In this document: positions 46,101-58,430 of the stretch, piece after piece
Position numbering within the stretch: position 1 is the first letter of the stretch
Layout of the letters: each line of letters starts with the position of its first letter
Assembly (NCBI GenBank): GCA_032718475.1
Contig: JAUCBJ010001381.1
Span: 27,577 to 91,576, forward strand
Direction of reading: 5' to 3'
Source: Nemertoderma westbladi
Taxonomy: Eukaryota > Animalia > Xenacoelomorpha
Length of the DNA stretch: 64,000 nucleotides
Notes under the pieces: model-generated
What the model was told of the DNA's origin: nothing
Databases searched by the model: none
The model's input: the letters and a program-made list of their open reading frames with translations, nothing else
Position numbers and translations under genes: made by a program

Positions 46101-48329
46101 GATCCCCTAAGCGCCATCTAGAACCATCCACACCAGATCCCCTAAGCGCCATCTAGAACCATCCACACCAGATCCCCTAAGCGCCCATCTAGAACCATCC
46201 ACACCAGATCCCCCAAGCGCCCATCTAGAACCATCCACACCAGATCCCCTAAGCGCCCCTCTAGAACCATCCACACCAGATCCCCTAAGCGCCCCGCTAG
46301 AACCATCCACACCAGATCCCCTAAGCGCCATCTAGAACCATCCACACCAGATCCCCTAAGCGCCCCTCTAGAACCATCCACACCAGATCCCCTAAGCGCC
46401 CCTCTAGAACCATCCACACCAGATCCCCTAGCGCCCCTCTAGAACCATCCACACCAGATCCCCTAAGCGCCCCTCTAGAACCATCCACACCAGATCCCCT
46501 AAGCGCCATCTAGAACCATCCACACCAGATCCCCTAAGCGCCCCTCTAGAACCATCCACACCAGATCCCCTAAGCGCCATCTAGAACCATCCACACCAGA
46601 TCCCCTAAGCGCCATCTAGAACCATCCACACCAGATCCCCTAAGCGCCCATCTAGAACCATCCACACCAGATCCCCTAAGCGCCCCTCTAGAACCATCCA
46701 CACCAGATCCCCTAAGCGCCCCGCTAGAACCATCCACACCAGATCCCCTAAGCGCCATCTAGAACCATCCACACCAGATCCCCTAAGCGCCCCTCTAGAA
46801 CCATCCACACCAGATCCCCTAAGCGCCCCTCTAGAACCATCCACACCAGATCCCCTAGCGCCCCTCTAGAACCATCCACACCAGATCCCCTAAGCGCCCC
46901 TCTAGAACCATCCACACCAGATCCCCTAAGCGCCATCTAGAACCATCCACACCAGATCCCCTAAGCGCCATCTAGAACCATCCACACCAGATCCCCTAAG
47001 CGCCCCTCTAGAACCATCCACACCAGATCCCCTAAGCGCCCATCTAGAACCATCCACACCAGATCCCCTCAGCGCCATCTAGAACCATCCATACTAGTTC
47101 CCCTCCGCCCACCTAGAACCATCCACACCAGATCCCCTAAGCGCCATCTAGAACCATCCACACCAGATCCCCTAAGCGCCCATCTAGAACCATCCACACC
47201 AGATCCCCTAAGCGCCATCTAGAACCATCCACACCAGATCCCCTAAGCGCCCCTCTAGAACCATCCACACCAGATCCCCTAAGCGCCCCGCTAGAACCAT
47301 CCACACCAGATCCCCTAAGCGCCATCTAGAACCACACCAGATCCCCTAAGCGCCCCTCTAGAACCATCCACACCAGATCCCCTAGCGCCCCTCTAGAACC
47401 ATCCACACCAGATCCCCTAAGCGCCCCTCTAGAACCATCCACACCAGATCCCCTAAGCGCCCATCTAGAACCATCCACACCAGATCCCCTCAGCGCCATC
47501 TAGAACCATCCATACTAGTTCCCCTCCGCCCACCTAGAACCATCCACACCAGATCCCCTAAGCGCCCATCTAGAACCATCCACACCAGATCCCCTAAGCG
47601 CCCATCTAGAACCATCCACACCAGATCCCCTAAGCGCCATCTAGAACCATCCACACCAGATCCCCTAAGCGCCATCTAGAACCATCCACACCAGATCCCC
47701 TAAGCGCCCCTCTAGAACCATCCACACCAGATCCCCTAAGCGCCCCTCTAGAACCATCCACACCAGATCCCCTAATCGCCCATCTAGAACCATCCACACC
47801 AGATCCCCTAAGCGCCATCTAGAACCATCCACACCATATCCAGTCGATCTATCCAGTTGCCCTGTCATCTTTTTAACCAAATCGCAATTAACAATTAACA
47901 TGTAAGAATGCAATGTATACTTAAAATTAAAATAGCCCAGGCAAGTCGCTTTAACGCATTCGTGCTGAAACGAAATGGGGTCGATATAATGAAGACCAGT
48001 TGAAATACTGGGAGCAAAACTTGGAATGCGAGTAGCAGATTACAATAAAGAGCCTTTGCACATATAAAAATATATAAGGCCCATTCCACGGAGCTGAACT
48101 CTTCTCTTTAGTATTTTTCCTGGTCGGTGATTGCTTTTATGATGCAGATTCCATGTTTGGCGTATACCTAGAAGTATGTCTGACTATCTGCCAATCAGTC
48201 TGTCTTTCTCTCTGTAAAAATATAACAAAGCATAACATCTAGTTATAATTTATCATTGGGACTTTCGTTGGCAGTTATCATTACGTTCGTTTGGCAGAAA
48301 TTTCATTTCTGACGTCAGTTTTAATGTTT

Positions 48330-48912
48330 ACTACTACTAGGATAGGCATGCTGCATTGCAGCTGCATTTTTAAGAATGCTGTGCCGGCTTGTCAACAAAA
48401 TTGCGCCGCCAAAACTCCCTATCACCCATGACATTTGCTAGATCATCCGCATCTTCAAGGCTAGTGTCCTTTAAGATGCGTCTCAAGAAAGTGATGGGCT
48501 GTCTACCATGCTTATTCACTCCATGAGGCTGCTAAAGTACAAGATTATGCACTAGCTGGTCCTCACGGCGAAAGCAATGTCCTGCAAAGCGGAGGCGATT
48601 TTGTTCTAGTGTCAAGCTTGGGGGAACCAATGAGACACCTCCAATGTTATATAGTGTCTGGTTGGAGATGTGTGCATTGTACATGACACAATGAACCTGG
48701 CATAGCATTCTTGTGATGTGCATCCAGAGATTTGGTGTACTCAGCAGTTAGAGCCCAGCATGGACTCCCATAGATTAGTACTGGAACTACTGCTGCTCTA
48801 AATAATCGGACCTTAAGTTTCCGATTAATTCTCGGTGACTTCCAAATCCTGGAAAGCCTATTCAAGGCTGCCCATGCCTTTCCCTTACGTATTCGAAGGT
48901 CCTCACCTGACT
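48330..48912 (-). mobile_element. 5'-truncated degenerate RTE copy
   Basis: High identity to 61000-61580; (TAG)n 3' tail; frameshift and stop. Confidence 0.9.
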
Positions 48913-49664
48913 ACCGACTTAAGTAAAAGTATAGTTATCCGTGAACACTTGAGGAAACACAAATGCTTCTCTCTCCAGTTTACTTGTAAGGCTGGTAGAG
49001 GGCCCATTAAATATTATGTAGGCCTGCATGACAGCTCTGTTACTATTCAAATCAATCGCGAGCATAAAAAAGGATAAATATTTATGACGAGTAAGGGTCT
49101 TGAGCAAGGTGTACTAAATAACAGGTCATGCGGCGAGCGGATTGCAGAAATTAGCGTGGGCCGATCTTTTCCCTATTTAGGGGACTATTTTCATAATATT
49201 TCCTTAGAAAATTATTTTATGCTTCTTTTGTTAGGTGGATATGATGACTAGGGTTCATAGAAATGTAATAAAATGTCTTTCTGGAATTTTTATCTTGTAG
49301 TTGCCAAGGTAACCGGGTGCGAACTTCAAACTTTGCGCGCCTGTATTTCAAGGCGACAATGGATTCTTCCCTTGAGATTTGGTAGGTGATTAAAGGAAAT
49401 AAAAGACTATCAAAATATTTTACATTTGAATTTGTTTACATTCCCGTTGCCATGGAAAGAAGTATAATGGAAAATTTGAAAAATTGTCTATCAATTCTAT
49501 AAAACACCATTTATATTCGGTTTGTCATTTTAAATAATAAGTTAAAATTGCCAACATTTTATTTTATAATTCGTCAATTGTGAATCATATTTCTAAAAGT
49601 CAATATTTGCCAATAAACTAAACTGTCCAATGAAAGAGCAAGACCTGTGATAGCATCATTTTAG

Positions 49665-50422
49665 CTTTAAGGTAAACACTAGAGTCTTACACCCTTTAAC
49701 TACAAAAAAATATAGAATCAGGACATTAAGCCCAAAATACCTTCCAGACCCTAAGGCCATCAAGGAACACAAAACAAAACAAACAAAAAACACAAACAAA
49801 ATATATTATACCATGCTCCACATACAAGTATGTATCGCAACCCTAACCCTAAAACCTAACCGCCATACACTAAATGATACCGGTATTAAACTGCACAAAA
49901 GCTAAGCCTATATTCTATAAGAAAATATATGACATTTTTGTCGCCGTGAAAGAGGTAGGACTAAGACAAAAATAATTAATTTGTTAAAAATATGGTTGCG
50001 TTTCGGCGTCTAGGACCAGTACGCGCTAATCCTCGACACCTCATCAGCTGGACAGGGAATTAGCCAAGCCTAACTATATTGCACCATTGACCTAAATTAA
50101 TCGCACCATCAACTCAGTTACCACTCAGCCCAAACAGACTTCAGACCTCAGAACATTGGAACCCTATAGGCCTACGGTAAGTAAACATGTTACCAATGGA
50201 AAACTGGTAGTTTGCTAGAGCAAACACACAGCACAAAAATTATATAAGATTTAACAACATGCAGCGTTGCCGGAGTTCTGCTCTATCCCAGTAAAAAATT
50301 GGGATATTCATATGTGATAATTGAATGTACCGACATACTGACTAACAGGGGGTTGTGATGTATATATTAACTTTAAGGTAAACACTAGAGTCTTACATCC
50401 TTTAACTACAAAAAAATATAGA
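49665..50422 (-). mobile_element. 706-bp unit bounded by 52-bp direct repeats (Penelope pLTR or retrozyme-like)
   Basis: CTTTAAGGTAAACACTAGAGTCTTACA.CCTTTAACTACAAAAAAATATAGA at 49665 and 50371 (1 mismatch); internal hammerhead-like core. Confidence 0.5.
49995..50056 (-). ncRNA. Hammerhead-ribozyme-like core (probably degenerate)
   Basis: Minus strand reads CAG-CTGATGA-GGTGTC.AGGA...TCCT.GACGCC-GAAA-C. Stem II is well paired, but no convincing stem III, UH site or stem I partner was found. Confidence 0.45.
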
Positions 50423-51111
50423 TCTAGACAGAACTGAACAGGCATTCCTTGGCTTAACGAGCCTAAAAGATTCTCCCATTCATATTTATAATTTGAGTAT
50501 GCTTATTGCTTACGCCACGAAAGGCATCGTTCCATTACATTACCTTGCTTGATAAAAAAGGATGATTTGAAGAAACTGCTGAGCGAGATAAAATAAATCA
50601 CATTCAATCTATGTGTTTTATGTTTATCTGGCAACATTCCGGTAACTGAAATTAACTAAATTTTCTCATATTCCTATGAAGAACAAAGAATCATTTCCAC
50701 TGCCATATGCTACATCCAATTATAGCATGTGCGCTGCCTGACCTGGTCATGTGATAAATAAGAGCATATAATCTTGCACTAGTGACAGCCTGATAAGTAC
50801 CTTTAAGTGACCTTTTATTAAAAATGTAGTATATGTAAATATAGAATATTACATTCTGTTTAGTGCTCGGTTACAAATCTGAGATCTGCATTTGATCAAC
50901 AGGTTACGAATTGTAGTTCTCCATTTTCCAATACTCCAATTGTAGTTCTTCCCTGAGCACCTGGTTACGAATCTGTGTATCTTGCTACAAATTAGTGTAT
51001 TTGGTTAAAATATGATCACCCTTTTACCAATTTGATGTCCTTGGTTACCCGTATTCTAGAATAGACTTAATAAAAGCGTCAGTAGTATAGTCTTGGGCGG
51101 ACTAGTCTTGA

Positions 51112-51372
51112 CCTGTCTGGGTGACACCCAATGTCACCCTATGGGTGTCATTGGCGCCAGATTGTCTGGGTGACACCTCCTAATTAGGCTAATTAGACCC
51201 TAATTGACCGGTGTCATCAATTAATTAGTACAATTAAACCCTAATAGGTGTCTTACGACTATTAATTAGGGTTTAATTGATTATCCTAATTAATCAATCC
51301 GATACGCAATGGTGTCAGTGTTGTCTAACTGTCGCCTAGAGGGTATTAAGAGGGTGTCATAAGTGACACCGC
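51112..51372. repeat. Small palindromic element with repeated GTGACACC/GGTGTCA motifs
   Basis: Multiple direct and inverted copies of the motif. Confidence 0.5.
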
Positions 51373-51837
51373 AGCTCTTTTATTTATTAATACTTATTTA
51401 TTTGTATTTAATTATAATTTATTTATTTGTATTTCATTTTAATTAATTATTTGTATTTCATTTTACTTTATTTATTTGTATTTATTTTTACTTTAATTAA
51501 TTATATTACTTTAACTTTATACATTGATTTAGCTTTAACAATAAACAGTTTATGTATTACACACCGATGCTAATGACGTCATTATTGGAACCATCTAACC
51601 ATAGACTTGCAGCCTTATTTAGCCCTAGGGTATACAGCTCCCTTACTGGTAACTATTTTGGAGTTAATGTTAGCGAAGGGCCTAAACTTAAGACAAGACA
51701 TGCAAGCTATCGCCTATGTTACCAGTTACGCATGAATGAGCAATTTATAGGGGGCCCTCTTAAAATTTTTTGTGCTGCGTCAGGATTGCCTCATTTAAGG
51801 AAGCCGCTTCCCTATCGATAATGTTAAAATTTTGTAA

Positions 51838-51993
51838 TAAAACTACATACATACTTGTTGCAAAGTACTTTACAGTGTTCTGATCCTCGTGGCTTAATTT
51901 TCACTCACTCACTAACGTTCGTTCGTGTAACAAAGCCACTCGGATCATCACACTGTAAAGAGCTACTTTACACACAAGTATGTAAATAGTTAT
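51838..51993. mobile_element. About 155-bp hairpin MITE
   Basis: ACATACTTGT..CTTTACAGTGT..GATCC..GTGGCTT mirrored by AAGCCAC..GGATC..ACACTGTAAAG..ACAAGTATGT; ends AAATAGTTATT. Confidence 0.75.
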
Positions 51994-51999
51994 TTTTAT

Positions 52000-52680
52000 T
52001 TTGTTGTATAAGACTTGCTCATATATCTTGTCTAGGGTTGAAGTAACTGCAATAGGTCTGTAATTCTGTGGGTCTGTAGAATGCCTTTCTTATAAACTGG
52101 TGTGTTTACTGATAGTTTTAATTTATTGGGAAAGATTGATTTTGTATTTGATTGGTTTATTAAGTAGGTTAAAGGTTTTACAATATTTGGAGCGATCAGT
52201 TTAATTATTTTTGGTGAGATTGTTGAAGGTCCACTTGACTTGTTCATATTTATATTCGTTAAAATATCGTATAATGTTAATTCATCAATATTTGTGAAGG
52301 AAAATAGATTATCGTTATTGGATTGTGTGCTTAATTTTTGGGTACTCTTTGGGTATATTACCTGTGCTAGTAGTGCCTATATATTTACCTAGTTGTATAT
52401 ATGTGTTATTGAATATTTCAGCTATTATTTTTGGTTTATGTATGAGCTTTTGTTGATGCTAAGTTCTAGAATATTCCATATTTATTCCTTTTTAGTTAGT
52501 ATATTCATTATACACTGCATTATACAGTTAGTATATATATTATTAATGATTTTCCATTTTCCATCGGGCTGTAGTACTTTTCGTGTAATTATTGTTGATG
52601 TAATTGTTTTTCATTTTCCTATTGAGGTTATTAAAGTTGTTCCTATGTGTTTTATTTTCATTGAATTTATTATTATTTTT
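52000..52680 (-). mobile_element. Degenerate APE-type LINE (CR1/L2-like) RT fragment
   Basis: KSSGPSTISPKIIK..LTYLINQS..FPNKLKLS..TPVYKKG. Confidence 0.75.
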
Positions 52681-52810
52681 AGATGTGCGGACGATATCAT
52701 TCTTATTTGTGATTCTGTACAAGGCTTGCAAGGTGCCCTGGATATCTAAGTGATTACATATCCTACTTGGGATTTATTGTAAATATGGATAAATCCGACA
52801 AATTGAGGTT
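52680..52810 (+). mobile_element. Short LINE RT fragment in the opposite orientation
   Basis: ADDIILICDSVQGLQGALD, resembling the YADD region. Confidence 0.55.
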
Positions 52811-53820
52811 TTTAGGAGGGGCAGAAGAATTGCTTGTAACAAAAAATGACTCCGGGGCTGTCAATCATAAACTTTATTCGTACTTACACATACACTATCC
52901 TGTAGCTGCCCGAGTGACCAGGGAAATAAACACGCAGGGAAATATAATAATAACAAGCAGTATTTTAATGTAAGAAAAAGTAAAATAAAGATTTGAACTT
53001 ATATTTTATTTTTATGTAGATTCGTTATATTAAGTTCTCTAACAGAAAGGATGAATAATATGTAATTACTGTACATTAAATAGCGTGGCAGTAAGTGCTA
53101 CGTAATTATACACGTGTGCGTGGGGCGTCGCGCAGCACGCGAACTTGAGCAAATTCGAATTGATCTGGAGTCAAAAGTTCGAGAGGTATTATTTGCCTGT
53201 AACTTTCAAAAATATTGTTACCTACAAAGGTCAGGTTAACAAACATTAAGGCTCGCCCAGCGGCCAAACCAAATTTATGTCACGTGGTTGCGTAATCTAC
53301 GATATTACCATACAGTAAATGTATTGTGCATGTAATATATTGCTTGACCAGTGTACACTGTACATATGATGTGTAGGGATGGCTTTATTCCATCCCCAAT
53401 TATGGCATTGTATTAGTGTACGTAGAACCAATGGGGAGGTCCTATGCGAACCCAATTATTGTATCATTACCTCCCAGTTGGAAGACTAGCGGTTCAGGTA
53501 AAAGGTATACCTGGAAATACTAGGAAATACAATACCTTGTATGTCCCCAATTTACGTCATCATGGCCCATCTGTCATCTGTCAATACCATCATATGCTGC
53601 CACTGTCAGACTTTTTTTTTCACTTTTCCGACTTTGCAAAGCTGTGCCCAACGAAATATATAAATTTATTTATTGTTAAAATTTACATTATTTACCGCTC
53701 AGTCAATGGACCAGCGGGAAAAAAATATTTTCATTATTTACCCAGGTAAATGGGGATTATTCCTCTTGAATCAGCCAACTTTGTACTGTAATAAATACTA
53801 TTCTGGGGCATTTAATTTAT

Positions 53821-54088
53821 TTAAAAAAGTAAAGTAAATTTTCTTTGGCCGCTAGGCCAGGGATTACGCACAAAGTCTGACGACTTATTTCCAGTGCGGT
53901 CCCCCCAGAACTTTACTCCCCAGAGGAAACTCCAGTACTCATTTAGCTACCACTTAAGGATGCAAGGCAGATATGCGCCCTGGCTGGTCCCTTTAAAGCA
54001 TTCGTGCCGAAACGAAAACTGCCCTGGCCCATGTGAGGATAGAACCCACGACCTACAAGAGTTGTGAATTCAATGCAACCACTACAAC
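53821..54088 (-). mobile_element. tRNA-derived SINE
   Basis: Minus strand: A-box-like TAGTGGTT, B-box-like GGTTCTATCC, body with AAATGAGTAC, (TTTAC)n tail. Confidence 0.6.
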
Positions 54089-54159
54089 AAGGTGGTACCT
54101 AAATGAGTAGCTACGACTAGTAAAATGACATCAAGTAAATAATAATCTTCAAATAAATA

Positions 54160-54380
54160 ATATGTTCCAGAATATTGTGTATTTATTAAATATAATAAAT
54201 GGCCTGCCCTGCAGGCTGTAACGGATGCAAATACCTGCACTTTTTGAACGCCCATATCTCAGCTATTTCTCAACGACATTAACAGTTACTTATAAATTAA
54301 TTGTAATCCTTGCAGTGACACCTTTTCATTGGTATCAATAAATCACAATAAGGACGGAGAATAATTGCGGTGCGACTATT
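54160..54380. mobile_element. Partial copy of the CACCATG foldback MITE family
   Basis: GTTCCAGAATA..TTTATTAAATA.AATAAATGGCC..TTTGAACGCCCATATCTCAGCTATTT, shared with 1700/4665 and 60260-60340. Confidence 0.65.
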
Positions 54381-54394
54381 AGGATACAATTACA

Positions 54395-54545
54395 CATTGT
54401 ACGATAAATAAAACACGTTATTTCTATTTTCGCCCCTCGATCCTTCTTATTCACCTTCCTCGCTGCGTTCGGGCGGTATATATCAGATCTCGGGACGAAC
54501 GGTAAATAAAGCATATTTTATTTACCGTACAATAAATAGTTATTA
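54395..54545. mobile_element. Hairpin MITE with an architecture similar to 51838-51993
   Basis: ATTGTACGATAAATAAAA mirrored by TTTTATTTACCGTACAAT; ends AAATAGTTATT. Confidence 0.6.
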
Positions 54546-56258
54546 TTATTTAAATCACCCTACTTGTTTATTTTAACAGTATTTCATCGATAAGCCAGCG
54601 TCTTACAGATCAATGTATATGGAATGTACACAGGAGCTGATTTTCAAAGATTGACAGCTCGATAATCCTGGAAACGAATGCTATTCATTATTACTGCAAG
54701 CCATTAGGGTATGAGCCTAAGGCATGAAACAATAGGACTATACAATAGTAAGTGTGGTATGATTGGCAGGTTAAGGCCAGATTAATTTTTAGTTATTGTC
54801 CCCTCACTCTCACAGATTTAGTTAGTAATTTTTTCTTCTTGGGCCAATTAAATTTATATTAAATTTATAAATTACGATAAATTATACAAATAATTCAGAG
54901 GTGGATTTTACAAATTTTTTCTAAATGTCTAACTCACTATTACACATTTACAATTCATTGACATCACATCTAGAATAGAAAATGCTAGAATAACTTTATA
55001 TTGTAATGTTTGATATTGTAACTTGATGGTGGTGGCCTGGATATATTTTTTTTCAAAACTATTTTGCTTGTCTGTTAGTAGCAATCAAACAATATAATAA
55101 ATGGTTAAAAATGGGAATTAATGTTGAAAAAAGTAATGTCCTTATCGTTTGCATACATTAAACCTAAAGTTGGAAGAACAGAAAATATGTTAAAACTGAT
55201 AATATGTGTCACGTTTGGAAGAGCAATGACCGTACTAGATAAAATATAGACTAGACGGGGCAATAATTGTCTTGAGGCATTAATTAAGATGGCGGGGTAA
55301 TTTCCTTAATTATTAATTAATAATGCGGCTCAAAGTAGTCACTTTGGAAAAATTTTTGGCTTTTGGAAAAGAGAAGCTTTTTGAAGAAATACAGTGATTA
55401 AGTTCTGGATTAGTATTTGTACAATGCTCTGATTAGTAGTAATATAAATCGTCACGGGTAGATCCATTCCTTATCCATTCCTTCTACATCTACATCAATG
55501 ATGTTAAAACAATTATACCACTACTGTGGGCTTATAACCTAGCGCCACCGAGACCTTGAAATACAACAGTAGCACAATACTCATTAATACTGAACGATGT
55601 ATTCACACTGTAGCCAAGCATAGCATAAAAGAGCTTATTTCATACCGATATGGAAATGAATTATATATTATTTATTATAATATTTTACTTTACGGCCAAA
55701 TCCAACTCTTTGGTTATCCAAGACTTATTAATAAAATATTTAATTTCAATCATTTGCCTGACTCAAGCAAGACTCTCGAATTTTGATAGTAGAGATAACG
55801 CTTTGTAGAGTAAAATAGTACTAAAATAGGTTTGCGGTGATAATGTAGATGTTTATAAGACACAACATGAATTTACAGCCCCTTCATTGAAGCCATTCCT
55901 ATTTTAGAATATAAGAAGGGTGAGTGGGGGTGTTCTAGGTTACAGTTACCAGCCAATATAGAGAAGCCTCCCGGTTGCGCCGGCAGTTTGCTTATTTGCA
56001 GAAATGCTCCAGTTTATATATAGTGTGTGTGTATACTCCAATACTCACTCGTTTTTTCCTTTCTAGTGATTGGCTTTCACCGATTGCGGCCTGTCCCCAC
56101 AGTATTCTGGCTACCTTGATATAGCTGAAACCGCAAACAATTGGAACCATAAATGATACAATGCAGTCGAGTATGAGAAATGATCTGTAGAAAAGAAAGA
56201 TGATTCCATGAGAACATCAGAGCTAGAAGAAGCGCTGGGTATTCAGGTATTCCACTGA

Positions 56259-58430
56259 TTGGTCAGGATCAAAAAACCAAAAGCTGCAGAGACCCTGGTG
56301 TATGGGTGCTTTGACAATAATATCACTGAAAAGAAATGGTGGGGTATCTGCAAATCTGTAATTGGCCTGCAGGTTAAACCTGCGATTCCGCCAGTATACT
56401 ACAGGGATCGCATTGCGACTAATAGTCGTGAAAAAGCTGATCTCTTTAATGTCTATTTTACAGACCAATATAAACTGGATTGTTCGAACTTTATTATCCC
56501 AGAGGGGCCAATGCCTGAGCCTGTACTTACTGAAATAAACATTTCTAGAATTGACGTTTTAGCTGCAGCCAAAGATCTGTGTCCTGGTAAAGCTGCGTCA
56601 CCTGGGGATAAAATCTCAAATAAAATGATTTTATCTGCTTTACCTTTTATGGCTCGTAATTTTTCCAAACTCTTTCAACTTATATTAGATAAGGCATGGC
56701 ATCCCGCATCTTGGAAAAAAAGGTTCGTTACCCCGGTTTTTAAAAAAGGTTTACGATTTGAATGTCTTAATTATAGGCCAGTGTCCCTAACGAGCTGCCT
56801 TGGTAAACTTTTCGAACGCATTATATTTAAATACGTATTCAATCATATAAAGGGTTATATAACAAAATTTCAATCTGGTTTCAGCCGCGGGGACGGATGT
56901 GTTTACCAATTACTTACATTGTACCACGAGTTGGTTAGTGCCGTTGACAAGGGTAAAGAGGTAAGATTGGTATTTCTCGATGTCAGTAAAGCATTTGACA
57001 AGGTTCATCATGCCGCACTACTACATAAACTAGAGCGGATGGGGATATCTGGCTCTCTGTTGAAATGGTTTCAAAGTTATTTATCCAACAATATGCAGTG
57101 CGTCTTAATTAATGGGTGTCAGTCCACGTGGTTATTAACGCTTGCAGGGGTTCCACAAGGTTCTGTGCTAGGTCCATTGTTATTTTTAGTTTTTATTAAT
57201 GACATTGTCGATATTGTTAGTTCTAAAGTAAAGTTATTTGCGGATGATACATCTCTGTACGTTATTGTGGGGGAACCTAGTGTAGCCACGGCGGCTCTTA
57301 ATGCCGACCTGGCTAATGTTTTTGATTGGGGCAAAAAATGGTTAGTCACATATAACGCTTCAAAAACTGAGGCAATGTTGGTCTCCCACAAACAGGTTAG
57401 GCATATTGAACATGGTATCCTTTATTTGAATAATGACATAATTGAAGAAGTTGAGAGTCATAAACATCTTGGGTGTACTATATCGTCTGATTTAACATGG
57501 GATGCTCATATTAAAAATATTATTACTAAAGCTACGCTTAAACTAAATATGTTGCGCGCTGTTAAATATAAAGTAGATAGGGCAGCACTTCTCAAAATAT
57601 ATGTGGCGTTTATTCGTTCTGGTCTGGAGTATGCAGGGCCAGTGTGGGACAATTGTTCTAACGAACTAAAGTATAAACTGGAGCTGATAAATAAGGAAGC
57701 CATTAGGATAATATGTCGATTAACCATTTCTTGTTCAACTGTCAGTTTATATACTGAATCTGGAATATCGACCCTACAAAATAGAAGGACAATTCAAAAA
57801 TTAATTATTCTATATAAAATGACAAAAAATTCAGCTCCCCCACATCTGCGCGAATTACTTCCGGAAACCTTGGCCCAGTCTTCCCCATATTGTACAAGAA
57901 ATCGAGATAATTATAGGGTACCTTTTGCTCGGAATAATTACTTTAAAAATTCATTTTTACTATCTTCCATACGAATATGGAACGACTTACCGGATAATAT
58001 ACGTAATGCAACATCTGCTAATAGTTTTAAAAATTTAGCAAGTAATCACCTTTACCCATCCGCAGCAGTGCCATCATACTACTTGCTCGGTAGCCCAAAA
58101 ATTAACGGCCTGCTTGCTCGTATGCGATGCATCTGTTCGTCTTTAAATGACGATTTATTTCGTGCAAAGGTTACTAGTTATAGAACTTGTGGGTGCGGCC
58201 ATCCCTGCGAAGATGTGTACCACTATTTTATGGAATGCACGCGGTACACTGGCCCTCGATTGGTACTTAATCAGTCCATGTTACAACTTGACCTCCGTTT
58301 TTCGGTTCATGTTATCTTACATGGACCTACTGGCACCCCCAGCATCGTTGCATCTAAAACACCTGTCCTTATTTCGGCTGTCGCAACTTTTATCGAGGCA
58401 ACAAACAGGTTTAATTCGCTGGGTTACTAA
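56259..58430 (+). CDS. CR1-group LINE ORF2, RT plus C-terminal CCHC (5'-truncated, no APE)
   Basis: NYRPVSLTS, QSGF, FLDVSKAFDKV, GVPQGSVLGPLLF, LFADD, HKHLG, CGCGHPCEDVYHYFMEC. Confidence 0.93.
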   Translation: MVRIKKPKAAETLVYGCFDNNITEKKWWGICKSVIGLQVKPAIPPVYYRDRIATNSREKADLFNVYFTDQYKLDCSNFIIPEGPMPEPVLTEINISRIDVLAAAKDLCPGKAASPGDKISNKMILSALPFMARNFSKLFQLILDKAWHPASWKKRFVTPVFKKGLRFECLNYRPVSLTSCLGKLFERIIFKYVFNHIKGYITKFQSGFSRGDGCVYQLLTLYHELVSAVDKGKEVRLVFLDVSKAFDKVHHAALLHKLERMGISGSLLKWFQSYLSNNMQCVLINGCQSTWLLTLAGVPQGSVLGPLLFLVFINDIVDIVSSKVKLFADDTSLYVIVGEPSVATAALNADLANVFDWGKKWLVTYNASKTEAMLVSHKQVRHIEHGILYLNNDIIEEVESHKHLGCTISSDLTWDAHIKNIITKATLKLNMLRAVKYKVDRAALLKIYVAFIRSGLEYAGPVWDNCSNELKYKLELINKEAIRIICRLTISCSTVSLYTESGISTLQNRRTIQKLIILYKMTKNSAPPHLRELLPETLAQSSPYCTRNRDNYRVPFARNNYFKNSFLLSSIRIWNDLPDNIRNATSANSFKNLASNHLYPSAAVPSYYLLGSPKINGLLARMRCICSSLNDDLFRAKVTSYRTCGCGHPCEDVYHYFMECTRYTGPRLVLNQSMLQLDLRFSVHVILHGPTGTPSIVASKTPVLISAVATFIEATNRFNSLGY

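Larger units (their letters stand above)
29410..47840 (+). repeat. 35/36-bp satellite (CCATCTAGAACCATCCACACCAGATCCCCTAAGCGC)n, about 13 kb of repeat plus a 5.4-kb Gypsy insert
   Basis: Several hundred units, an XbaI site in most units, strong C/A strand bias. Confidence 0.99.

Noticed and set aside
29410-47840. CRISPR array (36-bp repeats)
   Set aside because: The units are contiguous with no unique spacers, there are no cas genes, and the context is eukaryotic.
29263-47913. Dozens of ORFs such as MALRGSGVDGSRW and LGDLVWMVLDGR
   Set aside because: They are translations of the satellite, and frames switch at every 35-bp variant.
49838-49862. Telomere (CCCTAA)n
   Set aside because: Only 2-3 imperfect units, located internally.
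54020-54088. tRNA gene
   Set aside because: The boxes are degenerate with no clean cloverleaf, and the sequence is attached to a SINE body and tail.
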